Below are positions 12,837 to 25,476 of a stretch of DNA of 64,000 nt, piece after piece (positions within the stretch are counted from its first letter, which is position 1; the number at the start of each line of letters is the position of its first letter). The stretch is from Antedon mediterranea (taxonomy: Eukaryota > Animalia > Echinodermata), in NCBI RefSeq assembly GCF_964355755.1, contig NC_092672.1, positions 20,907,237 through 20,971,236 of the forward strand, read 5' to 3'. The translations under genes and the position numbers were made by a program. Below the pieces are notes generated by a model. It ran no database searches. It was not told where the DNA came from and worked only from the letters and a program-made list of their open reading frames with translations.

Positions 12837-13130
12837 TCATGTTGGTTTACCTGCTTATCTTTACAATCTATTAGTATGTTAAACATTTTGTACAGTAAAG
12901 AGTTAAGTTGTACATTTTACCCAGTTGTTTCTTGTCTTTATTGAAAATGATACCTTAATATCAGTGGTACTGGTGTCACACAGTGCATCCAAAAAGAATA
13001 AACAAAAACAACAACAAAAGTAATTAAATGAACAAATTGAACATTAAACTTTTAAACTTCTAAACTTCTTATATATTTTTTAGTGAATTTATTTGTTCAT
13101 TTCTAATTAATAAAGTATCAAATACATTCT

Positions 13131-14560
13131 ACAGTATTGTTTTATACCTGTTATATCATGTTGGTTTATCTGTGGCTTTCTATTTAATAAAGTGTAATAC
13201 AGTATTGTTTTATACCTGTTATATCATGTTGGTTTATCTGTGGCTTTCTATTTAATAAAGTGTATCAAATACAGTATTGTTTTATACCTGTTATATCATG
13301 TTGGTTTATCTGTGGCTTTCTATTTAATAAAGTGTAATACAGTATTGTTTTATACCTGTTATATCATGTTGGTTTATCTGTGCCTTTCTGTTTAATAAAG
13401 TGTATCAAATACAGTATTGTTTTATACCTGTTATATCATGTTGGTTTATCTGTGGCTTTCTATTTAATAAAGTGTATAAATACAGTATTGTTTTATACCT
13501 GTTATATCATGTTGGTTTATCTATGGCTTTCTATTTAATAAAGTGTAATACAGTATTGTTTTATACCTGTTATATCATGTTGGTTTATCTATGGCTTTCT
13601 ATTTAATAAAGTGTAATACAGTATTGTTTTATACCTGTTATATCATGTTGGTTTATCTGTGGCTTTCTATTTAATAAAGTGTATCAAATACAGTATTGTT
13701 TTATACCTGTTATATCATGTTGGTTTATCTGTGGCTTTCTATTTAATAAAGTGTAATACAGTATTGTTTTATACCTGTTATATCATGTTGGTTTATCTGT
13801 GGCTTTCTGTTTAATAAAGTGTATTAAATACAGTATTGTTTTATACCTGTTATATCATGTTGGTTTATCTGTGCCTTTCTATTTATTAAAGTGTATCAAA
13901 TACAGTATTGTTTTATACCTGTTATATCATGTTGGTTTATCTGTGGCTTTCTATTTAATAAAGTGTAATACAGTATTGTTTTATACCTGTTATATCATGT
14001 TGGTTTATCTGTGGCTTTCTATTTAATAAAGTGTAATACAGTATTGTTTTATACCTGTTATATCATGTTGGTTTATCTATGGCTTTCTATTTAATAAAGT
14101 GTAATACAGTATTGTTTTATACCTGTTATATCATGTTGGTTTATCTGTGGCTTTCTATTTAATAAAGTGTAATACAGTATTGTTTTATACCTGTTATATC
14201 ATGTTGGTTTATCTGTGCCTTTCTATTTAATAAAGTGTAATACAGTATTGTTTTATACCTGTTATATCATGTTGGTTTATCTATGGCTTTCTATTTAATA
14301 AAGTGTAATACAGTATTGTTTTATACCTGTTATATCATGTTGGTTTATCTGTGCCTTTCTATTTAATAAAGTGTATCAAATACAGTATTGTTTTATACCT
14401 GTTATATCATGTTGGTTTATCTGTGGCTTTCTGTTTAATAAAGTGTATCAAATACAGTATTGTTTTATACCTGTTATATCATGTTGGTTTATCTGTGGCT
14501 TTCTATTTAATAAAGTGTATTAAATACAGTATTGTTTTTAGCTCTTATATTATGTTGGTT
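13131..14560. repeat. Minisatellite, 68/72-bp unit, ~20-21 copies
   Basis: acagtattgttttatacctgttatatcatgttggtttatctgtggctttctatttaataaagtgt(aat|atcaaat) repeated head-to-tail without spacers. Confidence 0.97.
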
Positions 14561-14978
14561 GGTCTATCTATTTTAATAAACTGTGTCAAACATGATGTAA
14601 AGTAAATTTGTGTTTGGTTTATCTGTTGGCCCTGCCTGTTGTTTGAACTTAATCAGTCATTATTAGGGTTTACCTGAGGTACCTTGATACACCTTGTTTG
14701 CTTTACCTAAAATGGTAATTCACATTGGTTTGTAGTTCTAATCAACTAAATGATAAAAACAAAACAAACACTAAGTCACGCTATGTTATAATTTGTATAG
14801 AATCCATTGAATTACACTGGTTATCACTATATAAATAATGATATAAAAGTGTTTGGTCTTCTGTACAACAACCACTTGCATTCAACTTTTGAAGAGGAAA
14901 CGTTGCATATTTTGGATTTATTTTATTTTAGCATTGCTCCACTGTAAGTGTACATAATACTTGTAGGTCTAGTAATAT

Positions 14979-15438
14979 TATAACATTATTTGATAGAGAA
15001 AGCATTGGTTGAAGAAATTGTTGATAGAAGAGACATTGTATTATACATTTACTCTATTTCAACATTATGTTATAACATTATTTGATAGAGAAAGCATTGG
15101 TTGAAGAAATTGTTGATAGAGGAGACATTGGATTATATATTTACTCTATTTCAACATCATGTTATAACATTATTTGATAGAGAAAGCATTGGTTGAGGAA
15201 ATTGTTGATAGAGGAGACATTGGATTATATATTTACTCTATTTCAACATCATGTTATAACATTATTTGATAGAGAAAGCATTGGTTGAAGAAATTGTTGA
15301 TAGAGGAGACATTGTATTATATATTTACTCTATTTCAACATCATGTTATAACATTATTTGATAGAGAAAGCATTGGTTGAGGAAATTATTGATAGAAGAG
15401 ACATTGTATTATATATTTACTCTATTTCAACATCATGT
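14979..15438. repeat. Minisatellite, 92-bp unit x5
   Basis: Units start at 14979, 15071, 15163, 15255 and 15347. Confidence 0.97.
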
Positions 15439-15616
15439 TCAGTACTTGTACCGTATTTATATTTGTTGCTTTCAATATTAGAGGGAGGTGTACTTCTATT
15501 AGGAAAAGGTTGATTTAAAGCCACAATAGACTGTAGATGATCCTAATGATGTAGGAGAATAAACCAGCAATTCCATTATTTTGTTTTTGCCCTTTTTTCA
15601 GTTTAGCAGAATAACA

Positions 15617-15670
15617 ATGGAACGCCTCAGGAAAAATCTTCTATATCTTTGTTCATTCAATGGTATTCAG
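15617..15670 (+). CDS. Ankyrin-repeat protein, putative first coding exon (MERLRKNLLYLCSFNGIQ)
   Basis: Polypyrimidine tract and tandem acceptors ttttcag/tttag/cag (15601-15609), Kozak-like acaATGg, donor CAG|gtaggc; phase 0, in frame with the downstream exons. Confidence 0.6.
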
Positions 15671-16312
15671 GTAGGCAAGTTTACACTGTTTTAGGACAAT
15701 AGCATTTAACCAGCAACAATTAACTAGCAATACTAGCTCATTAGCAACTTAATAAATTGTTCTATGCAAATGAATTAAAAGTGACAACATGGCGGTATAA
15801 CAACAACAACAACTTACAGTGCCGCCATAATGGATCAAAATAATAGTAGTGTAGTAGTGCTTATAAATACTGTTTGCTCATTTGATGTGATTGTTTTGTT
15901 TTATTTATTTGACCATCATGATGTCAATACAAAACATACAATACAACATATGAAAGATGAACAATGCTGGGCAGGGGCAGCTTAAGTAAACATTGCTGTA
16001 AATCAAATGAGCCAGCTACCCTTCATATAAAATGCTGGACAGGGGCAGCTTAAGCAAAATACATTGCTGCCGGGCATTGCTGTAAATTAAATGTGCCAGC
16101 TACCCTTCATATAAAAATAAATATTAAAAAAAATTAATTTCTATAAAAATATGTGTACAAAATTAATGTAAAAACAAAATTTAAGACAAGAAGAAAAAAA
16201 AACTTATAAACATGGAATGTACAGTATGTTGTTGTCTATGTTTACTATAGTATATGTATTTTAATGAAAAATGTAACTGAATGCATATTGATCTATATGT
16301 TTTATTTCATAG

Positions 16313-16387
16313 ATTGCAGAGGAAAAAACTGCTGAAGAAATTTGCCAATTCATGGCTAGCAACAATGCTGTCAACATCAAGAACCAG
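16313..16387 (+). CDS. Ankyrin-repeat protein exon (IAEEKTAEEICQFMASNNAVNIKNQ)
   Basis: ttttatttcatag| acceptor, CAG|gtatac donor, 75 nt phase 0-0; ends like an ANK repeat (..VNIKNQ). Confidence 0.7.
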
Positions 16388-16479
16388 GTATACATCAATT
16401 TGTTTTCCTTTGTAATGAATTTACCTTATACATTTAATAATCTAAATAGCAATCATATCGATATTTTTAATGATAGACT

Positions 16480-16710
16480 TGGTTATTTTAAGAGGACGAT
16501 GATGTGTTCACTTCTTGAACAGTCTGCATAACCTGTTTTAATTGAAATTTTTTATGGCATGCCAATCTATGTTTTATATATATATTTATATATTTTATCT
16601 GTATTTTATTGTTAACCGTTTTTGATGTTGTATTGTTTTATGTTTCAAACCTGTTAGTGGCGGTATTTATCGCTGTTGGTTTTAATTGAATAAAATAAAA
16701 TAAAATAAAA
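16480..16710 (+). mobile_element. Probable LINE (CR1/L2-type) 3' end
   Basis: T-rich UTR-like stretch, stem-loop agtggcggtatttatcgctg, (aataa)n tail. Confidence 0.35.
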
Positions 16711-17118
16711 TTTGATAATACAAACCTTAAATTACATGACACTAATTAAAGTGCATCAATACTAATTTGTTTTTAAGATCTTTTATAAGTGTTCTCTGGT
16801 TGCATATTTGCAGTTAACATTCACACTGATTGTTAAAAGCATCATATTTGTTTCACTTCTTGAGCATTTTTTAGTGTTAAAAAGTATATTGTGTGTTTAT
16901 ATCTTATCTTAGATATGTTAGATGGTTTGTCAATATAATTTAGTACATTAGTCTTTCAGTACAATTTGCTTAGACAATTTTATTGGCTAATACCCGATTT
17001 GAATAATGGCTTGGTAACCCAATCCCCTGTAATTGTAATTAATTTCAGAATCTGAACAATGATATATTTATTCATCTGTTGAACAAATAACTAAACAAAC
17101 TTCATAAGAAATATATAC

Positions 17119-17715
17119 ATCACTGAAAGAAAAATACAAGGCACAAGGCAGTAAAAAAAAAGGATGAACAGGTGTCAAATACTTCTATCCACTTTGGACC
17201 CATTGTACAAATAACAAAACATAAAAACAAAAATATTTAGGATATAAAAATAGCTGAAATGGTACTATTTTCAGTTTCATGTATAAAGCACACAGATGCA
17301 ACATGCCATCATTTAAGACCTGGCCACAACAAGCATAATGGAGGTACACACCTAATTGGTGACAGTGGCTAAGGCTGCTTTTGTGCTTTCCTACATTGTC
17401 ATTCATGCTTATATTAACAAATAATGCCTATTTTTCTCTCTCTTTTGAATATAGATTACTTTTTAAAGGCACATAATTTAGCTCATCAGCTTTTGTATAT
17501 TTGTTATATGAACAAATTTCACACAGCAGTTTCATTTATTAAACTTTATCACTGAAAGATAAATACAAGGCAGTGAAAAAAGTGATGAACAGGTGTCAAA
17601 CACTTCTATCCACATTGGACCCCTTGTACAAATAACAAAACATAAAAACACAAACATTTAAGATATAAAAATAGCTGAAATGATTCTATTTTAAGTTTCA
17701 TATCACATCATTTAC
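17119..17715. repeat. Direct duplication of ~170 bp (17119-17290 vs 17548-17715)
   Basis: tcactgaaaga.aaatacaaggca...gatgaacaggtgtcaaa.acttctatccac.ttggaccc...aatagctgaaatg occurs twice. Confidence 0.8.
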
Positions 17716-18566
17716 AACCTGGATTTCACACAGCAGTTTGAAACAAACAATTCAATTATCCATTTATAAAATGTACCATAACATTAACAAATTGACAAAA
17801 CCTAACCATTTAAAAAAAAAAAAAACCTAAAACATGGTAGAACACTGGAGGCCTTTTGTTTCCCCTTCCACCACCAGTCCCTGTGGCTGATTGTTCAAAC
17901 TTTATATGATCATTTAAATGATCATCCCAACATAGGTATGATGCTATTTTGACACCAAGATTAGTTTGTGTTTTCTCAAAGATACAACCATTCTTCTGAT
18001 ATAAATATGTGATGAGATGTTTATCATGTGATATAGAAATAATTTGAAAATTAATTTCTCATGTTATTCCATTGAATAAGAACATCAATGTCCATCTGCG
18101 GCAAATGACAGTCATCAATGTTAATGGTTGACTTGTAACATTTTCCCTATTTAAAATATACGTCATGAACCAATCATGCACATTAATTTAGATGTTGGTG
18201 CACTACCCACTGATTCTTGAGGCTGACATCAAACCCTATCAGCTCAAGCTCTGTGTTGTATACAGATTTAACCACCAGACTAGTGACTGTTTTATTACTA
18301 CAGTATTACTATTTTATTATTGTATTCAATTATTCAAGACCCAACAGTGTATCAAAACACCAATACAGGATCAAAATAAAAGTACAATATAACATATTTA
18401 CATGATAAAAATATTAACATAATTAAAAAACTATTCATTAAACATTAACAATTCAACAGATTATTCAGGTTATTTAAAATGACATTAAATGCTGTATAAG
18501 TATTAATGTGTAAGTGTTACAACTAAAAATATCAATGTTAGGAAAAATTTAACTAGATCATTATAA

Positions 18567-18731
18567 AGCTCTGTTTACACTATTAAACTTTATGTGACAA
18601 AAAAATGTGATTTGCCCATATATGGACAAAATGATGCCATATCACCACCATATTTGGGCAAATCACCACCATATTTGGGCACATCACACATTTTTTTGTA
18701 TATCTAGTCTAGTGATAGTGTAGACATAGCT
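18567..18731. mobile_element. Harbinger-like MITE
   Basis: TIRs agctctgtttacactat / atagtgtagacatagct; flanks taa / gaa. Confidence 0.65.
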
Positions 18732-20301
18732 GAAGTTGAGCAACATGACAGAAAGAACTGTTTTTACTATATAACAGGCACAGAACATGAGTTTTAAACC
18801 GCCTGATTATATACTGAAATTTGATTAATTAATTTGAAACAATAAAGATGAGGAAACATAAGAATATTTAAATTACAAATAAATTGACATTTAGTCCTTA
18901 TGACACTCAAATCTTAAAACATTAATCCTCTCAACATTTTAAAAATTCTATAAGAATAATATTTAATATAATGTTGTTTTACTCTACTATCACTTTGTTC
19001 TATATTTATTTTACTGCATGTTTGTGTCTTTGTTTTTCTGATTCTGAAATATTTAAAGTTATTGGTGAACTCTACACAGTAGGCACATTGTAAATAAACT
19101 ATAGAAAGTGATACCAAGAACTATGTTTATCCTCTTTCTTTTAGAGAATCAAGAGGGATTTTGTGGATGGATGTCCTCAATAATCCTCATTATGGGATTA
19201 TTTTAAAAATGTGTTAGCATTGTGAAAATAAACAAACCATGTTCACAAGAAGAAAATGTTGTGAATGAAATCATTAAGATTAGATTTGGGTTATGGCTGG
19301 TAGATGGTATACATTACAAAAATAATAAATAGTAAACTGAATCAACAAATTAAACTTGTATAAATGATGGCAAATACTCACAATAAAAGCTTAAAAAATG
19401 TTTGCTCATTTGACTGGCACATAATTAGTATGTTATGTTCAGGCCTAATTTATCTAATTTTCTTTAGTACCGTACTTGACTACAGTCGGTATAACATAGT
19501 ATAATAGCAATAATTCATGTTATTCTTTCAATGAATGTGAACATACTGTCTGTTATTATTTCATAGATCCTAAATGTATATCAAAGCAATGCTGAAAATT
19601 CGTATTATACCGTATTGTTTTTGTTATACAGATATTAAGTGTTAATTGATTAATTTTATTAGATATATTTTTGACACAGCAAAATAATATGATTGTAAAA
19701 AGGTGATGTTATAATTACACTGTCAATTGTGTATAAAATAGAAATGCCTACACACAAACACACACTAATCAGTAGGCCTAAATGATTATCAACAAGTATG
19801 CCTATTACAAGTTGGAGTGGTGTAATTGAATAGTGAAAACCTGTTATTAACAGCTACAACACAATTTGAAATTTAAAATAAATTTTCCAGATTTATAATT
19901 GCACTGTAAAATAATACTATAAAATTGTTCAAAATATGTAGGATGAAGGTTTATTTTAAAATAGCTTTTAAATTCTGCCCAACTATTTCAAAATAAAATT
20001 GATTATAGATGATATAGTTAGTATTATCTGTTTAATATTTCAGAATTCAAGTATACCTTGATCATGAGCATAAGCATAGTTTATACAAACAATACATTTT
20101 ACAATGCTTTATAGAAATAATCATTTAAAGTTGATTGTTAGTTATTAGAAAAATATCTTTCAACATTGAAAACAAAGTAATAAACTGTTATCAATTAAGG
20201 ATATTTATTTACAAGATTATTAGTAATTTTTTTTGTTTAGATATTAAGGAATAAGATGTACATGTTTTGTAACTTTGTTTATTATTTAATATTTTCAATA
20301 G

Positions 20302-20400
20302 AATGGCACTACAGCGTTGATGTGTGCTGCTGTTGTAGGTAATGCAGCCATCTGCCATCAACTTATTGATGGTGGAGCTGATATTAACCTACAGAATAAG
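20302..20400 (+). CDS. Ankyrin-repeat exon (NGTTALMCAAVVGNAAICHQLIDGGADINLQNK)
   Basis: Exactly 99 nt, tttcaatag| ... AAG|gtaagt, phase 0-0; canonical G-T-A-L-x-x-A-A..G...L...GA.IN ANK consensus. Confidence 0.95.
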
Positions 20401-20523
20401 GTAAGTAATACACACATTTTTTAAATAAAATTATTGAACCTTCAGTGAAACAAATCAATGAATTGAAACTATTGTTTTAGAATTTATATGCTACCACCAC
20501 TATAACTTTAGGAAAATCATATA

Positions 20524-20776
20524 TTATCTCTTAGTGTACGTGAATTCTGTAATCCGATTGGTCAATATATGAGATATAATTCCGTATTACGCCCATTTAC
20601 TCAGTCAAGTGGATCAGAAGGGTAATATATCCCGTATTACCTGTTTGATGTTTCTACGCGCGCGGTGTTTATGTATTGTATTTTTGTCGTTGAGCGCATG
20701 CGTAGTTGTGATTTCAACCATCGAATATGAACCAGTCTCTTGTCCAATTGCTTATAATGTGTACACTAAGAGATAA
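20524..20776. mobile_element. MITE with 16-bp perfect inverted ends (Crypton-V-like by appearance)
   Basis: ttatctcttagtgtac / gtacactaagagataa; internal gattggtc motif. Superfamily assignment is tentative. Confidence 0.6.
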
Positions 20777-22514
20777 AATCGTTGCACCCTACTATAATAA
20801 CACAATACTGTTGTGTATACTGTATATAGGTCAATATAGAAATGATGTAATAACTTATTTTCTTCTCACATAAAACATTTTACAAATTCTCAAAATATTC
20901 TGTTTAAACTTGCAATCAAATTTTTGTATTAAGAAAATGTATACTTCAAGTTACTTGTTTACAACATTAATATGTGTATTCAATAATATACACATTTATT
21001 TTCCATAATTCGTTGCCGAATGCTGCTTTAGAAATAAAGTGTGAAATGACAGCACAGTTTTTAAATATTTTTGCTATTGATTATTATAATTTAACTACTA
21101 TACTGTAAAATAAAAAATGCTGATAGCATACACCTAATCATCAAAGTTTGTACAGTTAAATGGTATAGTCGGTATGTTTTTATAAATTGATAACATTCAA
21201 TAGAATGCTCATAACACAAACTTTATTCTTTTGAATATTTAACTGTATTTTAGTATTAGGCAGGTTAGATAACAGGAATAACATTTGTTAATATAAGTTT
21301 TAAAAATAAATGTACATTTTAAAAAAAGGTTGTGAATATGAATCATGTCTATCATCAAACTCCACCTTGATTCCTTTGCTCTTTATATTTTAAGGATATT
21401 TCTAGATTAAAATGATATCATGCTGAAATGAAAGGTTGTGAAGATTACTTTTGGTAGAAGGGCTCTTCTTACCTAAAATTAGAGCAAATACATAAGGCCA
21501 TAACACCATAATAATATTATGACAAAATATATATTACATAACACACACATATACACAATTTCATATTTTTGGTGGTATATTGTTCTGTATAATTTTGAAG
21601 ATTCTAAGTTGTTTAAATTTAACCAATGGCAGCATATCATATTTAAAATTGAGTTGCTCCTACAGCCTTGTGTTAAATGTTAGTTGGAACCATTGTTATA
21701 ATTTGAAATCTTTCGGTTTATTAACCAAATCCAAGCCTATTAAATTCTATTGGCTTGCTACTCATATATCTTTGTAATTTTTTGATTAAATTTAGCCATT
21801 AGGCCTTTCAACAATCTACAACATTCTCATTTTTATGGGCTAATTAAAATGCAGTATTATTATTATTTGAATTTTCGAAATCTACAGTATTCTAGCTAAT
21901 CTTGGTTTATTTAAAACGGATTGTAAATTGCTAAAAGATCACATAACCATAAAAAACTTGTAATTTTTATTTTTTGGTGTTAAACAGTTTATGAGAAAAA
22001 ATTGCCTTACTTGAAGCGTAACAGTATTGTGGTTATAATCAAGAAATTGAAAATTTCAAGGCAATTAAATTAGTTTACACTGATAAAGGTACACACAAGT
22101 GTAGCCAAAAATTCTTGAGTAAGCTACATTTTAATTTCTACATAATGCATTGCTCTCTAGTTCTAAATTTACAACTGAACCTCGCTCTTCAATATTAGTT
22201 TGAATTATACTAAATTGTATGGTCTATAAATGAAAGGAAAACAATTTCTTATATAGTAGTTTTCATTAATTAATTTATTTTTAATCCCATGAATTATTAA
22301 ACAAATAATTACATACATCTATTATGTATTTTTGTTTATGTGCATAGTAGGCTAGATAATAAGCAGCACTTAGCACAATCAATTGATTGTCTACAAGATT
22401 TCAATTGTACAACTCTGTCAATAACCAATGCTAATTACATATAATTCAAGCATTCAATTTGTTATCAAACAATAGATAACAAATTTAATACATAGCAAAG
22501 CAGAATTGTTTCTA

Positions 22515-23830
22515 CTAGAGGGTGAGCTCGCTTCGCTCGCTCCCCCTCTAGGAAGTGTAGACGATGGTTCTCGGAATGATAATGTTCTCCTTATACATTT
22601 TCTGTCGGTTACCATTATTGAAAATGCTTGACATTCGTAAAACTAAACTACTTTGTTTCACAGTGTTTTAGATGATTAATAACATTTTAAAGTATAGTTT
22701 TTATTGTTTGGTAGGGCCCTTTGGGGAGGCGGAGGTCATTTGAGGGAGGTGCTTATTCGAGGGATATATGTTAAATTTTTTAGTTCTAATAATATGGTAA
22801 CATTTATAATCAAATGAAATCCTCTCATAGATATGAAAAGTGGTAAAAAAGAATAACAAATGCTTGGTAAATTGCAGATAACAGTGCGGTGAATTCTACT
22901 ACAAATAGTATAATTGTGTTATTATAAATATGTGGATGGACGTTTATTAGATAGTTGGGTTGTGGGGTGGTTATTATTCAAAGTGATGTTTTATTGGAGA
23001 GGCGTTTATTCAAATGAATACCATCCTAATAATTATTAATACATTATTTAATTTAATCATCTTTTGAAACTAACTGCCGTGACAGAGTGGGCCCAAGAAA
23101 GAAGACATTACGGCTTGCAACATGGGCAGACATCTCGGTCCTAACGGGACACAGGAAGATAGCCTACAGTTATTCCTGCAAGCTTACTCAATAAAACTCA
23201 GCTATCGGGATTTCACTCGAAAAATGTCTTATCAAATCTCCCTATGTAATTTTATAATACTATTCCCCACAATATATTCTGATTCTTTATGGCGTATATT
23301 TAATTTGATCTTTATTAATTTGCAGTATAATTCCTATTATTTAACTACTGTACCTTCACACACGTGTGGTATGTTTTAAAATAAACAAAAAACTGAAATG
23401 GCTATGATTAATGGCCAATTTTTTTTTCGTCTTCCAAAGGGACACTGTATTGATTGATGGAAAGTGCCTGTTTCCAGTCACCTTTAGGGTCAAATCTATT
23501 ATTTTAACTGCTCCCTTGTGTATAAAAGAGAGAAAATATTTGAAACTAAGGTGAACTTATCTTAAACCCGGAAATTACTTTGACCGGGAAGAATTGAAAT
23601 TGAGAGGAAAATCCAATGTTGAAATCATAAATGTTGTTAAAAAACTCTTTATAATATCTTCCTAAGATATAAATATGGAACAATAGCGTCGGCGTGCACA
23701 CTAATGTTATCAAATCTACGTTTCGCGGTACATATCGGATAGATAAGGTAGGTATCCAAGGCGGAGATTTGTAGAGAAGTTTTTGCATTGTGCTCGCCTA
23801 TGTCAGAATTAACCATAATTTATATATAGA
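22515..23830 (-). mobile_element. Non-autonomous Helitron (subfamily 2)
   Basis: Minus strand starts TCtatatataaatt (23830) and ends in hairpin ...CTAG (22515); inserted between A and T, no TSD; cgagaaccatc motif upstream of the hairpin is shared with subfamily 1. Confidence 0.8.
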
Positions 23831-25322
23831 TGAATTAAAATGCCCACATAAAATATCCAACACAAGAAACAGATTTAATGTCTAAGTTATCATCTCTTTA
23901 AAGCCTTACTGAAGATGGTGATTTTTGAGTCATATTCTCTGACAACATAGTTGAAAAGGTATAGCATGTATAGTATAATGAACACAATGATGATGAAAAC
24001 AATTATGAAGTATCATATAAAGAAGATGTATACTGTCACACTTTGTAATAAACAATGCACTTTATAAATAGTGTGTATCGCTTTGTAATAACCTGTCACT
24101 TTGTAACTAATAATTTGTGTGAAAAGTTTGATAATTTTCAGGATATTACAACAATAGTGAAACATTAAAACAGGATTATATAAAAACAATGAGGACATTT
24201 TTAATTTAAATAAATGTTCAGTACGATTTATAAAGTTTTATTGTGAAACAACTTTCATTATTATGGCATTCCCTTATTCTGTACATTTTCATCGATATTA
24301 TCTCCAATAAAATAATGTTTTTACTTATATATAGTAGAAGGTATGTGATGTATGATATTTATGCCTATTTTTAATAATAGGATTAGGAGGACCAAATCAT
24401 CAATAGTTACAAATTGTTAAAAATTAATTAGTCTTAATTTAATTTTGCATGTTCAATCACAGCTAATGCTATAAGATTACAGAGGTAATCAATGTATTTA
24501 ACTACTGTGGAGTAGCTTTGTGTCACTTATTACTGTTCTATTGATCAGATCACAGTACATGATATTTCTGATTAAAGTGAATTTATTTGTTTCATAAATG
24601 ATTCCTCTACATACTGTTCTTAATAACAATGTCACTATGAAAATTATTTTTTTAGATAAACACACACACACACACATTAAAGTAAATCTGATAAATTGTT
24701 GTCTAATGTAAATTATTTTCAAACGTCATTCTAACAGTTTTGTTTCATTTGCTTCTTTATTGTCAATTATTAATATTATTTTTTTTGGTGCATATTATAT
24801 ACATACATAAATCATTTATATTGCACCTTATCAAAATATTTCAAAGCATATCACAGATAACTAAAACTAACTAGTAAAAAAACAAGAATGTCAAATATTT
24901 TGTCTGCTATTTTTTGCCCAAAATAGTTTTGCTTTATTTATTTTCTTTGGCCTTATATTTATTTTGACCAATATTCTATCTATGCATATAGAACAAACAA
25001 AATGCCATAAGTAAGAAGCAATTTTTTTATTAACCGATAGAAGCATAATGTATATTTTCAAATGTAAAACAAATTGGAATAGCTCACACAAAACAATAAA
25101 TTGTACATGCTTTATAAAACAACATTTAAAAATGTATTGTTTCGAAAATTAACTGAAGACATTGTTGTGGGAAAATAAGACAAGTAGATCAAAATGCAAG
25201 ATAAACATTTATTATTCAATAAGGATGTTGTATAAGATATTTAATCATTTTATTTTATTACGTATTAACATGATGTACTGTATGTTTTGTAATATATTGT
25301 TAATGTTTAATATATTCAATAG

Positions 25323-25416
25323 AATGGTCATACAGCATTACATGTTGCTGCTCAAATAGGCAGTACTGAAATATGCAATCAGATATGCCTGCATGGAGCA
25401 AAATGTTCAAAATAAG
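25323..25416 (+). pseudogene. Disrupted ankyrin-repeat exon (NGHTALHVAAQIGSTEICNQICLHGA / frameshift / NVQNK)
   Basis: Intact acceptor ttcaatag|; 94 rather than 99 nt (5-nt loss after GGA GCA), giving TAA at 25413-15; canonical gtaagt donor absent (aataagtcat vs gtaagtcat at 47092). Confidence 0.85.
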
Positions 25417-25476
25417 TCATACATTCATTATTATTCATTATATGTTAATCTGAAATTTCACTCTTCATTTTACTTA

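Noticed and set aside
13131-14560. CRISPR-like regular array and its ORFs (13400, 13799, 14351)
   Set aside because: Head-to-tail units with no unique spacers and no cas genes in a eukaryotic context; the ORFs are translations of the repeat.
23070-23200. RTE endonuclease N-terminus (KKTLRLATW) captured in the Helitron
   Set aside because: Only a few residues match and the similarity does not continue.
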